Source of the DNA: Candidatus Bathyarchaeia archaeon
Lineage (GTDB): Archaea > Thermoproteota > Bathyarchaeia > Bathyarchaeales > Bathycorpusculaceae
Direction of reading: 5' to 3'
Assembly: GCA_038883775.1 (NCBI GenBank)
Contig: JAVZLM010000005.1
Coordinates: 64,001-128,000, forward strand
DNA length: 64,000 nt
This document shows, piece by piece, positions 18,959 through 29,547 of the stretch. Under the pieces are notes generated by a model. It did not search any database, had not been told where the DNA came from, and worked only from the letters and a program-made list of their open reading frames with translations. The position numbers and the translations under genes were made by a program. Within the stretch, counting starts at the first letter, position 1, and every line of letters starts with the position of its first letter.

Positions 18959-19975
18959 ATGCTAACTCACACGATTGAATGGCATGACGGAAAAGTACTA
19001 ACCATAGACCAGTCAAAGCTTCCATGGGAAACCATAATGCTTGAGATGAAAAGTTGTGATGATGTGGCTGAAGCCATAAAAACAATGAAAATCAGAGGCG
19101 CACCTCTTTTAGGCGCTGCTGCAGCCTTCGCATTGGCTTTAACAGCCTACCACTCGAAAAATAAAAGTAAAGAGGGGCTTCTTCAAGAATTGGAGAACAC
19201 TGCTGAAGTTTTGAGAAGTACAAGACCGACTGGTGTTAACCTTTTCTGGGCTGTAGACAGAATTTTAGCTAAGGCAAGGGATTTTTCAGGAAGCGCTGAG
19301 GCTTTAGCTGCTTTTGTTGTCGAGGAAGCGAAGAGAATAGCTGACGAAGATGCTGCGGCAAACCGCATGATTGGAAAGTTTGGCGCCGAACTCATCCGTG
19401 ACGGAGATGTTGTCCTAACCCATTGCAATGCTGGCGCTTTAGCAACTGTTGAGTATGGCACTGCTCTTGGAGTCATAAGGGCTGCTTGGGAACAAGGTAA
19501 AAAAATTAGGGTTATCGCCACAGAAACGCGTCCAAAATTGCAAGGGGCAAGGTTAACAACTTATGAGCTTAAGCGGGAGGGAATTCCGGTTACTTTGATT
19601 ACTGATAACATGGTTGGTTATGTCATGTTTAAGCGAATAGTTAGTAAGGTGATTGTTGGTGCTGACAGAATAGTTCAAGATGCAGTCATAAACAAGATTG
19701 GAACTTTCACAGTGGCTGTTTTAGCCAAAGAGCATCGTATACCCTTCTATGTGGCGGCTCCAAAATCCACCTTTGATTTAAAGCATAAGTCTGCAGACGT
19801 CATTATTGAAGAGCGGAACCCAGAAGAAGTAACCCATGTAGGTTCGCTGCGTATTGCCGCTGAAAGTGTGGACGCTTTGAATCCAGCATTTGACATAACT
19901 CCACTTAAATATGTGACAGCAATAATCTGCGAAAGCGGGATTCTATATAAGAAGGACTTTGATAAGTTTAAATGA
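18959..19975 (+). CDS. mtnA: Methylthioribose-1-phosphate isomerase (eIF-2B family)
   Basis: IRGAP, TRPTGVNL, THCNAGALAT, ETRP.LQGARLT, NKIGT, NPAFDIT. Confidence 0.92.
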   Translation: MLTHTIEWHDGKVLTIDQSKLPWETIMLEMKSCDDVAEAIKTMKIRGAPLLGAAAAFALALTAYHSKNKSKEGLLQELENTAEVLRSTRPTGVNLFWAVDRILAKARDFSGSAEALAAFVVEEAKRIADEDAAANRMIGKFGAELIRDGDVVLTHCNAGALATVEYGTALGVIRAAWEQGKKIRVIATETRPKLQGARLTTYELKREGIPVTLITDNMVGYVMFKRIVSKVIVGADRIVQDAVINKIGTFTVAVLAKEHRIPFYVAAPKSTFDLKHKSADVIIEERNPEEVTHVGSLRIAAESVDALNPAFDITPLKYVTAIICESGILYKKDFDKFK

Positions 19976-20000
19976 AATTTGGCGACGGTTGATGGTTTAA

Positions 20001-20555
20001 ATGAGCAAAAGCAAAGGAAAAGTTTCTGGCAACACAGAACTCAAAGTTAAGGGACTACTTGCGGAGAAGGGTGTGCACATTCCAAAAAGCCAGAATATAG
20101 AGGGCATTTCTTCAAGAGGATATGGCACGATAGAAAATGATGAACTTCTGCTAACTTTTTATGAGGCATTATATCTTTTGGAAAAGAAAATACTTGAAAT
20201 CGAAGATGAAAAAGGAGAAGCCGTGGATTTTCAGAGGCTTCTACGTTGCTATGAGGCTGTTAATGAAAATGCTTGGGCTGCATACTTAACCTATCGCGAT
20301 TTAAGAAGCCGTGGGTATGTGGTGCGGGAGGGTTTTGGTTTAGGCGTTGATTTTCGAGTTTATGAGAGAGGCGAGTATGGCAAAGACACGGCTAAATATT
20401 TAGTCTTAAACATTCAAGAAGGAAAGCCTATCTCATTGGAGGATTTAACCCGTGCCATGATGCAGTGTCAAAGCCTCAAAAAGGAGTTGGTTTTGGCTGT
20501 CATTAATCGCAGGGGAGAAATAGTTTACTATTCAGTTTCTCAGCTACAAATCTAA
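20001..20555 (+). CDS. endA: tRNA-splicing endonuclease subunit, probably structural
   Basis: YRDLRSRGYVV, DFRVYERG, GEIVYY; catalytic His position occupied by Thr. Confidence 0.85.
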   Translation: MSKSKGKVSGNTELKVKGLLAEKGVHIPKSQNIEGISSRGYGTIENDELLLTFYEALYLLEKKILEIEDEKGEAVDFQRLLRCYEAVNENAWAAYLTYRDLRSRGYVVREGFGLGVDFRVYERGEYGKDTAKYLVLNIQEGKPISLEDLTRAMMQCQSLKKELVLAVINRRGEIVYYSVSQLQI

Positions 20556-20673
20556 GTTTAAACTTATTTTACATTAAGCACTTTGTATCGCATAATTTCT
20601 TGTGCGGTTTGCAAAGCTAAAATGCCAATAAAAAAGAGGGTTCAAAGCGTCAAACTAGTTTTCTATGTTTGAG

Positions 20674-21018
20674 TTAGATAAGTGCTAATAATCCAATGCC
20701 TATCAATGCAAGTATTGCAACTATTACTATGAAGATTATTACTGCGATGATGGCGATTGCCAATGCCATTATCCATCCACAATCAAAGAAATGTTTAATC
20801 AATGCAAGCCATATAATGAGCATTATAACTGCTGCAATTAAGCCACCGATGAAACTTCCAATGACCGTACCTAATATCGTTCCGAGAATCACTATCCATA
20901 TTGCATCAGTGAACTTTGCTTTGTCTTTTCCCACCAGTGCTCTTCCAGCTAACCAAAGGACTGGGGCGACAATTATTGTTCCTACGACGATCTGAATTAA
21001 TAGTGCAACAAGATCCGT
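20674..21018 (-). CDS. Small multi-pass membrane protein; probable start at ACG (21018)
   Basis: Frame is open 28 codons upstream of the called GTG (20934), adding a TM helix; AGGTGA RBS lies 6 nt before ACG. Confidence 0.65.
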   Translation of the reverse strand, partial: TDLVALLIQIVVGTIIVAPVLWLAGRALVGKDKAKFTDAIWIVILGTILGTVIGSFIGGLIAAVIMLIIWLALIKHFFDCGWIMALAIAIIAVIIFIVIVAILALIGIGLLALI

Positions 21019-21210
21019 TTCAAATCACCTTTTAGGCAGTACCTTTGTGGGTGTATCCTTATAAATCTAATCCGTTGGTTAAGCAACCAACATTAAAAAC
21101 AAACATATAAACCAAGACATGTACAAAATATCGGGAAGAAATTAAAATAGATATGCAATATCTTTACTATTCAGTTTCGCACTTGCCCTTAAAATGATGG
21201 AGAATTTGGC

Positions 21211-22497
21211 ATGTCTCAATTTAAAACTGTTAGGGGAATGAGGGATTTCCTGCCAGAAGAAGCCAAAATGATGAAGTACATCGAAGCCAAAGCAAGGCGA
21301 GTGGCTGAGCTTTACGGATATCAAGAAATCATAACGCCCGTCGTAGAGTCCTATGAACTTTTGGCAGCAAAGAGTGGTGAAGAAATTCGTTCAAGAATGT
21401 TTGCCTTCAGAGATTTGGGCGACCGAATGGTTGCTCTACGCCCAGAGTTTACAGCTTCAGTTGCAAGACTTGTTGCAACCACTTTAAAAAATGAGCCAAA
21501 ACCATTGAGGCTTTTTTCTGTAGGAAGCGTTTACCGCTATGACGAGCCCCAACGGGGACGCTATAGAGAGTTTTGGCAATCAAACTACGAGTTGATGGGT
21601 TCAGACAAGCCCGAAGCAGACGCTGAAATACTGATGCTAACAAACAGTCTAATGAAAAACGTTGGGCTGAGGAATTGCGCTTTTAAAATTGGACATGTCG
21701 GAGTCTTAAGGGGCGTCATGGCGGAGGAAAATTTGGATGAGAAAACACAAAATGCAGCTATGCAACTAATGGACAAGAAACTGTATGATGAGGCCATTAA
21801 CTTGGTAAAAGATTCGGGAGTCAAAGAAAAGTGCATAAAAACTCTCCAAAAATTGGTTGAGCTTAAAGGCGGTGACATTTTTGAAACCGTTAAAAGAATG
21901 AAAGAGTGTGTTATGGGTTACGAAAAAGCTGAGGCTGCTGTAGAAAACCTTCATGAAATTTTAAAGCTTGTTTCGGAAAGCAAAAGCAAAATCGCCTTTG
22001 TAGTTGATGCTGGTTTTGCGAGGGGACTTGAATATTATACTGGAATGATTTTTGAAGTTAGTGTGCCAGAAATAGACATAGCCTTGGGCGGAGGCGGAAG
22101 ATACGATAGGCTTATTGAATTGTTTGGTGGCGAACCCACACCAGCGGTTGGAGTAGCCCATGGAATAGATAGGATAATGTTAGCCATGCAAACTCAAAAA
22201 ATCTCCATCGAGAAAAGAGAGGAAAATAGGGTTATGGTGATTCCAACAAAAGATGAGTTGATTGGAAAGGCTATGGAAATTTCACGAAGGCTACGAGATG
22301 CGGACATACCAACAGAAGTTGAGGTTATGGGTCGAAAAATAACTAAAGCCTTAGAGGATGCGGACAGAAGAGGGGTAAAGTATGCGATAATAGTTGGAGA
22401 AAAGGAGCTAAAAGAGGATGCTGTGGTTGTCCGAGATTTAATGAAGCGGGAGCAGAAAACTGTAAAAATTGAAAAAATAGTAGAGGAAATAGCCTAG
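21211..22497 (+). CDS. hisS: Histidine--tRNA ligase
   Basis: RGMRDF, LRPEFTAS, YRYDEPQRGRYREF, RGLEYYTG, GGGRYD. Confidence 0.97.
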   Translation: MSQFKTVRGMRDFLPEEAKMMKYIEAKARRVAELYGYQEIITPVVESYELLAAKSGEEIRSRMFAFRDLGDRMVALRPEFTASVARLVATTLKNEPKPLRLFSVGSVYRYDEPQRGRYREFWQSNYELMGSDKPEADAEILMLTNSLMKNVGLRNCAFKIGHVGVLRGVMAEENLDEKTQNAAMQLMDKKLYDEAINLVKDSGVKEKCIKTLQKLVELKGGDIFETVKRMKECVMGYEKAEAAVENLHEILKLVSESKSKIAFVVDAGFARGLEYYTGMIFEVSVPEIDIALGGGGRYDRLIELFGGEPTPAVGVAHGIDRIMLAMQTQKISIEKREENRVMVIPTKDELIGKAMEISRRLRDADIPTEVEVMGRKITKALEDADRRGVKYAIIVGEKELKEDAVVVRDLMKREQKTVKIEKIVEEIA

Positions 22498-22964
22498 ATT
22501 TGATGTCTTTCTCTCCTTAGAAAATCGCCTACATCAGAAATGTTTTTTACAGCAACGCCTTCCACAATTTCATCCAAATTGCCCAAAATCTTACCGAAGC
22601 CTAGGCACTCGCCATGCTGGTTTAGGATAAGCGCATAATCACCTTTCTTTTTTGAACCGACAATTTTTGTTATTCCTTGCTTGAATAGGTCTCTTCCACA
22701 AATAAAGAGCCACTCGGACCATTTGTCAACAAAAATTTTGTTTGCCTTTTCCTTTGCGATCATCGATAAAAGGTTAAAGCTTGGGAAAAATTTTCCATCT
22801 TTGACTTTTCCAAGATAAACTCCAGCGTAAAAGAAGTCCTTTCCAACCAGAGTTTTCAGTCTCTCATTGAGAAGAAAGTATCTGTTTCCTCTTTTCGCTA
22901 TGAGATTCTCATTTAGCGTAATTTTTGCGCCAAATCGGCTCACAAATTTCTTTAAAAATTTCAT
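22494..22964 (-). CDS. nip7: Nip7-like PUA-domain ribosome biogenesis protein
   Basis: AGVYLG, EWLFICGRD, CLGFG, C-terminal DVGDFLRRE; coupled to Nop2-like MTase. Confidence 0.8.
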   Translation of the reverse strand: MKFLKKFVSRFGAKITLNENLIAKRGNRYFLLNERLKTLVGKDFFYAGVYLGKVKDGKFFPSFNLLSMIAKEKANKIFVDKWSEWLFICGRDLFKQGITKIVGSKKKGDYALILNQHGECLGFGKILGNLDEIVEGVAVKNISDVGDFLRRERHQI

Positions 22965-23851
22965 CTTATCCGCGCATCCTTCTTGAGTTTGCAGACAAAG
23001 AAACCTTGAGTTTTACCCGGCCAAATTCTCCTACAATTCTCTATTTGATCGTCAAGCTTTCTTCCAAAAATCTCGGTCGAGGGAGGCTCACCATAACAAT
23101 CGATTTTTTCCACGTGAAGCCCGAGGTTTTTTATTGCCCAATCAATGATTAATTCGTCTTCTTCGGGTTCAAGGGAGCACGTTGAATAGACTATTTCTCC
23201 ATCATCCTTCAAAACTTTCGCTGCTTCAGCCAATATTTCTTTTTGGCATTTCGCATTCTTCTCAATATCTTTGATCGTTCTGCGTTTGAACCAGTATTCG
23301 TCTGTGGAAAAGTTGCCAGAACATGGAACATCCAATAATATGCGATCAAACTTCATTTTCAATTTGGAGGCATGCCGCGCATCTGAATTATAAACTATCG
23401 TGTTTTTCACGTGGCATCGCTCAAGTTGATTTGAAAGGGCGGTTAATCTCCGCAATTTAACGTCTAAAGCTATAATTACGCCGGTGTTCTCCATCAAATC
23501 TGCCAATTGAACAGTTTTTCCTCCAGGAGCCGCACAAGCATCCAAAACAATTTTGTCTTTCAAATCTGTGAAAAGCGTTGGTGGAATCTGGGATGCTGCT
23601 TCTTGAATTGAATAATAGCCTAAAAGGTATTCTGTTGTTGCGCCAACGGAAAATTCTGAATGAGATACCCAATAGCCCTTTTCTAAGAAGGGGATTTTCT
23701 CAAGTCCAATTCCCAAAGATTGTAATCTTTTAACGATTTCTTCTTCCTCGGCGTTCGTGGAGTTTATCCTAATGGCTGGTTTAGGCTTTACATCCTCATA
23801 TTTCCAGCCGAGCATTTCATAGCGGTTTACAAAAAACTCTTTTCCAGACAT
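22961..23851 (-). CDS. RsmB/NOP2-family RNA m5C methyltransferase
   Basis: IQEAAS, DACAAPGGKT, LLDVPCSG, YSTCSL. Confidence 0.93.
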   Translation of the reverse strand: MSGKEFFVNRYEMLGWKYEDVKPKPAIRINSTNAEEEEIVKRLQSLGIGLEKIPFLEKGYWVSHSEFSVGATTEYLLGYYSIQEAASQIPPTLFTDLKDKIVLDACAAPGGKTVQLADLMENTGVIIALDVKLRRLTALSNQLERCHVKNTIVYNSDARHASKLKMKFDRILLDVPCSGNFSTDEYWFKRRTIKDIEKNAKCQKEILAEAAKVLKDDGEIVYSTCSLEPEEDELIIDWAIKNLGLHVEKIDCYGEPPSTEIFGRKLDDQIENCRRIWPGKTQGFFVCKLKKDARIR

Positions 23852-23936
23852 CAACAATGAATAATCAAGCATAGGATAAAAAGTTTAGTTCAACAAGTTT
23901 TAAATTACGAAGTATTCAGCATATTAACGTGGTTTA

Positions 23937-24386
23937 ATGAAGAAAAAATATGCTTTCATCATAATGGTTAAGGAGAAATGGTGGCGCGAATTCTGCCGTC
24001 TTAGCCACGAAGGAAGACAAGTGCACTCTTATGTTGGCGGTCCGCGAGCGCCTCCCAAAAATACTTCTTTACTTATCTTTTACGTTTCAAAACCCGTAGC
24101 CGAGATAGGTGGTTATGCAGAGTTTATTGAAAGGAAAGTTGGAAAGTCTGAAGAGTTATGGAAGGAATACGGCAGTGAATCGGTTTTAAGCTCTGCGGAA
24201 CAATACTTTCAATTCGTTAAAGATAAACAGCAAGTTTCCTTTATAAGATTCAAAAACCTTCGAGAAGCAGCCAACCCCATACCGCTTAATAATGCTCGTT
24301 TACTTTTGGGCGTTAACAGATTAGCCCGAGGAGGCTTTTACGTAGATAAGGAAACTGCGGAAAAAATGATTACATTAATGGAATAA
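23937..24386 (+). CDS. PUA-like (EVE/ASCH/DUF365-type) domain protein
   Basis: LIFYVSKP..EIGGYAEF, ELWKEYG pattern. Confidence 0.65.
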   Translation: MKKKYAFIIMVKEKWWREFCRLSHEGRQVHSYVGGPRAPPKNTSLLIFYVSKPVAEIGGYAEFIERKVGKSEELWKEYGSESVLSSAEQYFQFVKDKQQVSFIRFKNLREAANPIPLNNARLLLGVNRLARGGFYVDKETAEKMITLME

Positions 24387-24528
24387 GAGTTATAACAAAA
24401 AGTTAATAGGTTACATTTCGCTTTTCCATGTAGCTCTTTTCAGAGAGCGAAATAACAATGATTAAAGAAACTAAAACAGAACATTCCATCAAAAAATCCA
24501 ATTTAATTAGCATGGGGAAGGTTTAACC

Positions 24529-26745
24529 ATGGGACGTTACAGACAAATTGAAGACATCGTCAAACTGATGAATAATCCAGAAATAATCCGAAACACAAGC
24601 ATAATAGCCCATGTAGACCACGGAAAAACAACGCTTTCAGACAGCCTTTTGGCTGCGGCCGGCATTATAAGCGAACAAAGAGCCGGGCAACAGCTTTATC
24701 TTGACAGTTGGGAACTTGAACAAAAGAGGCAGATGACAGTTTTCGCCTCCAACATAAGCATGGTTCACACTTACAATGGGAAAGAACATCTCATAAACTT
24801 AATTGACACGCCGGGACACATAGACTTCAGTGGAGCAGTAACAAGAAGTCTCCGCGCGGTGGACGGCGCATTAGTGGTTGTTGATGCAGTAGAAGGTCCT
24901 ATGACGCAGACAGAAACGGTTTTAATGCAAGCCCTCAGAGAAAGGGTCAAGCCTATTCTTTACATAAACAAGGTTGACAGACTCATAAAAGAGATAAAAT
25001 TAACACCCGAAGAAATACAGCGAAAATTTGCGAAAATAATTGTACGCATAAACAGCCTCATAGAAAAATATGCACCGCCAGAGCATAAAAAGGACTGGCA
25101 AGTCAAAGTGGAAGACGGACGAGTAGCCTTCGGCTCAGCTCTCCACAAATGGGGACTAAACCTACCTCATATGAAAGCAAGAGGCATAACCTTCCAAGAA
25201 ATCATCGACGCCTATACGGGAGAACCAGAAGAAATCGCAAAGAAAGTGGATGCCCTAAGCAAAAAAGCCCCTCTATACGAGCCAATATTGGACATGTTCT
25301 GCGAACATTTGCCAAACCCATTAGACGCCCAACCATATAGGCAAAGCCAAATCTGGCCCGGAGACTTGAATAGCCCAGTAGGCAAAGCCATGGCAAAAGT
25401 TGACCCAACAGGGCCTCTTCTCATGTGCATAACAACAATTGAAGTTGACCCTCACAGCGGTGTCATAGCCATAGGAAGAGTTTTCAGCGGCACAGTTAAG
25501 AAAGGAAAAACCGTCAGTCTCATAAACAGTCGCCAAAAGGGAACAATCCAGCAAGTTTACATGAGCATGGCAGCCGACAGAGTCATCGTAGACGAGATTC
25601 CAGCGGGAAACATAGCCGCCTTATCAGGGTTACCATCAATTCATGTGGGTGAAACTGTGGCAGAAGAAGGTGTGGAAACGCAACCCTTTGAAGGATTAAA
25701 ATACGTTTCAGACCCAGTAGTCACAGTGGCAGTAGAGCCAGAAGACGTAAAAGACCTACCACTCTTCGACAAAGTAATCCACAAACTAACATTAGAAGAC
25801 CCAAACCTTCACTTCGTAATAAATAAGGAGAGCGGAGAATACCTCCTAAGCGGCATGGGCGAACTCCACCTAGAAGTCACAGCCTACCGCATGCAAGAAG
25901 CAGGACTGAAAGTGAAAATAAGCAAACCCATAGTAATTTACCGCGAAACTATAAGCCACGACTACAAAGGACCACCAATAATGGGCAAAAGCCCCAACAA
26001 ACACAACCGCCTATGGGTAACCATAGAAAAACTGCCAGAAGAAGTCATAGAAGCCATAAGAACAGGAAAAATCAACGAAATGCAAACCCGCGACGAAAGA
26101 GCAAAAATTTTAAGGCAGTTCGGATGGTCAACCGAAGACGCCCGCAACGTCATAGCCATAGAAGGCACAAACATACTAGTAAACAGAATAAAGGGAAGGC
26201 AATACGTGGAAGAAATTATAGACCATGTGAAATCAGGTTTCCGCGAAGCCGTTTACACGTCAGTTTTAGCAAAAGAACCAGCCTATGGATTAAAAGTTAA
26301 CCTAGAAGATATACTAGTCCACGAAGACCCAGTTCACAGAGGCCCAGCCCAAATACTTCCCATGACTTGGCGTCCCATATGGTGCTGTTTCCTATTAAGC
26401 GACCCAAAACTGTTAGAACCAATCCTAAACTTCGAATGTAAGGTTCCAAATCAATTTGTAAGCAACGTCATCGCCATAGTACAGAAACGCAGAGGAAAAA
26501 TCCTAGACATGATAAACGAAGAAGACATGGTAATAGTAAAAGCCGAAATGCCAGTAGCCGAATCCTTCGGACTAGCAGACGAACTTCGCTCATCAACCCA
26601 AGGAAGAGCCTTCTGGGCAACACAATTCAGCCGTTGGGCACCAGTTCCAGAATCAATGCAAGCCGAAATAATAGCTCAAATACGCAAACGCAGAGGCCTG
26701 AGCCCAACACCACCAAGAGCAGAAGAATTCTACGAAGAAGCCTAA
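24529..26745 (+). CDS. fusA: Translation elongation factor 2 (possibly the EF-2 paralog)
   Basis: AHVDHGKTT, DTPGHIDF, NKVD, GMGELHLE, HEDPVHRG diphthamide loop; switch I is RQMT. Confidence 0.93.
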   Translation: MGRYRQIEDIVKLMNNPEIIRNTSIIAHVDHGKTTLSDSLLAAAGIISEQRAGQQLYLDSWELEQKRQMTVFASNISMVHTYNGKEHLINLIDTPGHIDFSGAVTRSLRAVDGALVVVDAVEGPMTQTETVLMQALRERVKPILYINKVDRLIKEIKLTPEEIQRKFAKIIVRINSLIEKYAPPEHKKDWQVKVEDGRVAFGSALHKWGLNLPHMKARGITFQEIIDAYTGEPEEIAKKVDALSKKAPLYEPILDMFCEHLPNPLDAQPYRQSQIWPGDLNSPVGKAMAKVDPTGPLLMCITTIEVDPHSGVIAIGRVFSGTVKKGKTVSLINSRQKGTIQQVYMSMAADRVIVDEIPAGNIAALSGLPSIHVGETVAEEGVETQPFEGLKYVSDPVVTVAVEPEDVKDLPLFDKVIHKLTLEDPNLHFVINKESGEYLLSGMGELHLEVTAYRMQEAGLKVKISKPIVIYRETISHDYKGPPIMGKSPNKHNRLWVTIEKLPEEVIEAIRTGKINEMQTRDERAKILRQFGWSTEDARNVIAIEGTNILVNRIKGRQYVEEIIDHVKSGFREAVYTSVLAKEPAYGLKVNLEDILVHEDPVHRGPAQILPMTWRPIWCCFLLSDPKLLEPILNFECKVPNQFVSNVIAIVQKRRGKILDMINEEDMVIVKAEMPVAESFGLADELRSSTQGRAFWATQFSRWAPVPESMQAEIIAQIRKRRGLSPTPPRAEEFYEEA

Positions 26746-26805
26746 AAACCATACCATCAAATATGCTATCCTTTCATACTCATAAATGAAGCACCTAAAG
26801 AATTT

Positions 26806-26882
26806 TGGTGCGGTCGCCGGGATTTGAACCCGGGTCGTCAGCGTGGGAGGCTGATGTCCTAACCATGCTAGACGACGACCGC
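26806..26882 (-). tRNA. tRNA-Gly(CCC)
   Basis: Reverse complement GCGGTCG...TCAGC-CTCCCAC-GCTGA...GGTTCAAATCC...CGACCGC-A-CCA. Confidence 0.95.
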
Positions 26883-26916
26883 ATTAGAAGCTAAAAACCT
26901 TTTAAATTTTTATGCG

Positions 26917-28833
26917 TTACTCTCTCTTGTTTTCGTCTTTAATTCTCCCTAATTTTGTTGTCAAACTCCTATGTGCACGTTTTGATAGATACGCAGTGAC
27001 AATTATCAGAGTTGCTGCCATAGCAGCGAGAACATAGCTCAAGTTCCGAACATTGCTAACATTTTGAGAGTAATTATACAGATATTCCTGATAAGAAGCC
27101 TCCAAGCTTTGGAATTCTTCTTGAAGCTGAGTATAGTTACCCAAAAGAAGAACCAGATTGTCAAGAAGTTCATTAAATTTATCAGTCAAATTATCATAAT
27201 CCCTTTCTAATTCTAAGTAGGTGTTTTTAAGGTTATAGTATGTTTCGTTTAGATGATGAAAGTCTTCTTGTAGCCTTGAATAGTTGTTTAGAAAATTATA
27301 AAATGTTGCATTCAACTCGTAAAGATGTTGTGAAGAAGCGTTTAATTGCTCAAAGTTGCTCTGGAGCCTAGCAAAGTTGTCCAAAAGACTTGTGTAATTA
27401 TTCAGAAGATCATAAAAGGTGTCCAAAAAGTTATAGTATGTAGCATTTAAATGAATGTAAAGGGTAAACAATTCTTCATAGAGTTCAGAAGAAATTATCG
27501 TGATGGTTTGGTTCGTGTGTAAATAACTGAAATATAAATAAACGTTAGTTTCGTTTGAAACATCAAGAAAAGTTGGACTGACTTCTTCGTTGCCCAGAAG
27601 AACGATGTATGGATAACCCAAAAATTTGATAGGAACCATAACTCGGCAGAAACCACTGAAATTTTCGTTGCCAATAGGTTTAAAGCGTATTATCTTGTTC
27701 CCTGTTTCTACTCCAAGTTGAAACTGAAAATCAGAAATTGATGAATTAGAAATAATAGTAACTTGATATGTTTCCTTTTTGTAAATAATGTTAAACGCAA
27801 AGAATCTTCCCATAAGGGGACCAATGTCTACGTTATTTTCATCTATAACGTAGGGAGTATCACCTATTCCGTCGCCGTTTAAATCTCGTCCATAATAGTC
27901 ACTCCAATAGTTTCCTTCGCCGTAGAAGCTCCAAAAATTTTTAGAATTATCACTGGATACTTGAACTGTATTGTTAAAGTTGTTGTGATAAACAGTGTTG
28001 TTGCTTGAAAAAGCAAAGTTAATTCCGTAGGGATGGTTTACGATGGTGTTAGTTGAAAATACATTAACGGATGATGAGTAGAGGCTAATTCCATAAAACC
28101 GATTATAAGAAATATTATTGCCAAAAACTATATTAGCTTCAGAGTTATAGAGGCTAATTCCGGTGAGCTCGTTAGCTGCTATAAAGTTATTTGTAATGGT
28201 ATTGTTAAAAGAGTTAAAAAGGCAAATTCCATCGTTAACGCTCGAAAGTACAATGTTATCGGAAACGATGTTATTGCTGCAGGAAGTGAGACTGATTCCG
28301 TAAATGTTGTTAGAGAAAAGATTACGAGAAACGATGTTATTACTAGAAAAATAAAGATAAATCCCGTAAGAATTTTCTACTATTTTATTATTAATTATGG
28401 CGTTGCTTGCAGAAGGTGGCTTTACGAATATTCCACTATATGGAACACTTCCACTCATCTTTATAGTAAAACCTTGGATATTAACATTATTAGCCTCTAT
28501 AACAACGACATGACCAGTATTGTTGCCGTTAATGATGGTAAAGTCGGAGTTCTCGCCAATGAGCGTGATGCTTTTAGTGATAACTATGTTTTCAATATAT
28601 GTACCATTGCGAACAAAAATAATGTCTCCAGAACTTGCGTTATTAATGGCATCCTGAATAGTCTTAAAGTCATCAGGTTCATTTCCCACAATTAATGTTC
28701 TTGTCGAATTTGCCCTCAGAGACGCTTTATAATTGCTTGTCAACGACATGAATAGTAAACATAATACAATAAAAAAAGCTACTTTAGTTTTTTTCAACGA
28801 GGTCACACCTATTTTCTTTTCTAATTGTAACAA
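26917..28833 (-). CDS. NosD/right-handed beta-helix surface protein with coiled-coil stalk and C-terminal TM
   Basis: Signal-like N terminus, TIQDAINNA, repeated GI.L..S..N.I..N, GNYWSDY...DGIGDTPY, heptad region rich in NxS/T, C-terminal hydrophobic helix. Confidence 0.85.
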   Translation of the reverse strand: MLQLEKKIGVTSLKKTKVAFFIVLCLLFMSLTSNYKASLRANSTRTLIVGNEPDDFKTIQDAINNASSGDIIFVRNGTYIENIVITKSITLIGENSDFTIINGNNTGHVVVIEANNVNIQGFTIKMSGSVPYSGIFVKPPSASNAIINNKIVENSYGIYLYFSSNNIVSRNLFSNNIYGISLTSCSNNIVSDNIVLSSVNDGICLFNSFNNTITNNFIAANELTGISLYNSEANIVFGNNISYNRFYGISLYSSSVNVFSTNTIVNHPYGINFAFSSNNTVYHNNFNNTVQVSSDNSKNFWSFYGEGNYWSDYYGRDLNGDGIGDTPYVIDENNVDIGPLMGRFFAFNIIYKKETYQVTIISNSSISDFQFQLGVETGNKIIRFKPIGNENFSGFCRVMVPIKFLGYPYIVLLGNEEVSPTFLDVSNETNVYLYFSYLHTNQTITIISSELYEELFTLYIHLNATYYNFLDTFYDLLNNYTSLLDNFARLQSNFEQLNASSQHLYELNATFYNFLNNYSRLQEDFHHLNETYYNLKNTYLELERDYDNLTDKFNELLDNLVLLLGNYTQLQEEFQSLEASYQEYLYNYSQNVSNVRNLSYVLAAMAATLIIVTAYLSKRAHRSLTTKLGRIKDENKRE

Positions 28834-28860
28834 TTATTAAATGTTAAGGTAAGCAAGTAA

Positions 28861-29472
28861 TTATCCTCCAGAGAGAGTTTTGCCCAGAAGGATAGCGCAG
28901 ACAACAGCTACTAAGAGAGTTGAAATACAAATGATTGGACTTATTAGCGGTTGAATGAGGCTCCATAAAATGGTTAGGTATGAGACAATTATCATTAGTG
29001 CTAATAGAGAAATTTTGACCTTGGTATTTATTATTTTGGTTGTATATTTTTCTTCTTGATTTATCATGGAGCTTAGAAGAGTTTGCGCTTGTCTTACTTG
29101 CTCTTCTGTTGCGAAAGTTATCAAGTTTTTTTCGCTATCTTGAAACTTGAAGCTGGAAAGCATGTATCTTTGTAGGTCCCAAGGATTTTTTTTCGGTAAA
29201 ATTCTGACAACATTACTTTTCTCCATTTTTTTTAAAATTGTTTGAATCATACGTATGAATTGGATGTCGTTAGCTTTTTCCTCTCCGTACAGTCTTTTTA
29301 TTATATCTTTGACATCCGGAAAATGCAGTTCAAGATGGAAGGATGCTATTGCTTTAGCAAGATTGTATTGGTATTCGCCTTCCCGCAAACGAATATTGCC
29401 ATTTTTATAATCTGAGCTTAAAATCTCTTGCAGGAGTTGAATTTCGTCCAATGTTAGCTTTCGGTGGGACAC
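28861..29472 (-). CDS. Hypothetical protein, wHTH-like N terminus and two C-terminal TM helices
   Basis: IQTILKKMEKSNVVRI wHTH-like segment; two hydrophobic helices at the C terminus. Confidence 0.65.
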   Translation of the reverse strand: MSHRKLTLDEIQLLQEILSSDYKNGNIRLREGEYQYNLAKAIASFHLELHFPDVKDIIKRLYGEEKANDIQFIRMIQTILKKMEKSNVVRILPKKNPWDLQRYMLSSFKFQDSEKNLITFATEEQVRQAQTLLSSMINQEEKYTTKIINTKVKISLLALMIIVSYLTILWSLIQPLISPIICISTLLVAVVCAILLGKTLSGG

Positions 29473-29547
29473 TTTTTCTCCTCAATTGAAACTATTGAAA
29501 TAACATAAAAAAGCTTCGCTTTAAAATATGGATTTTCAATAAAGTCT

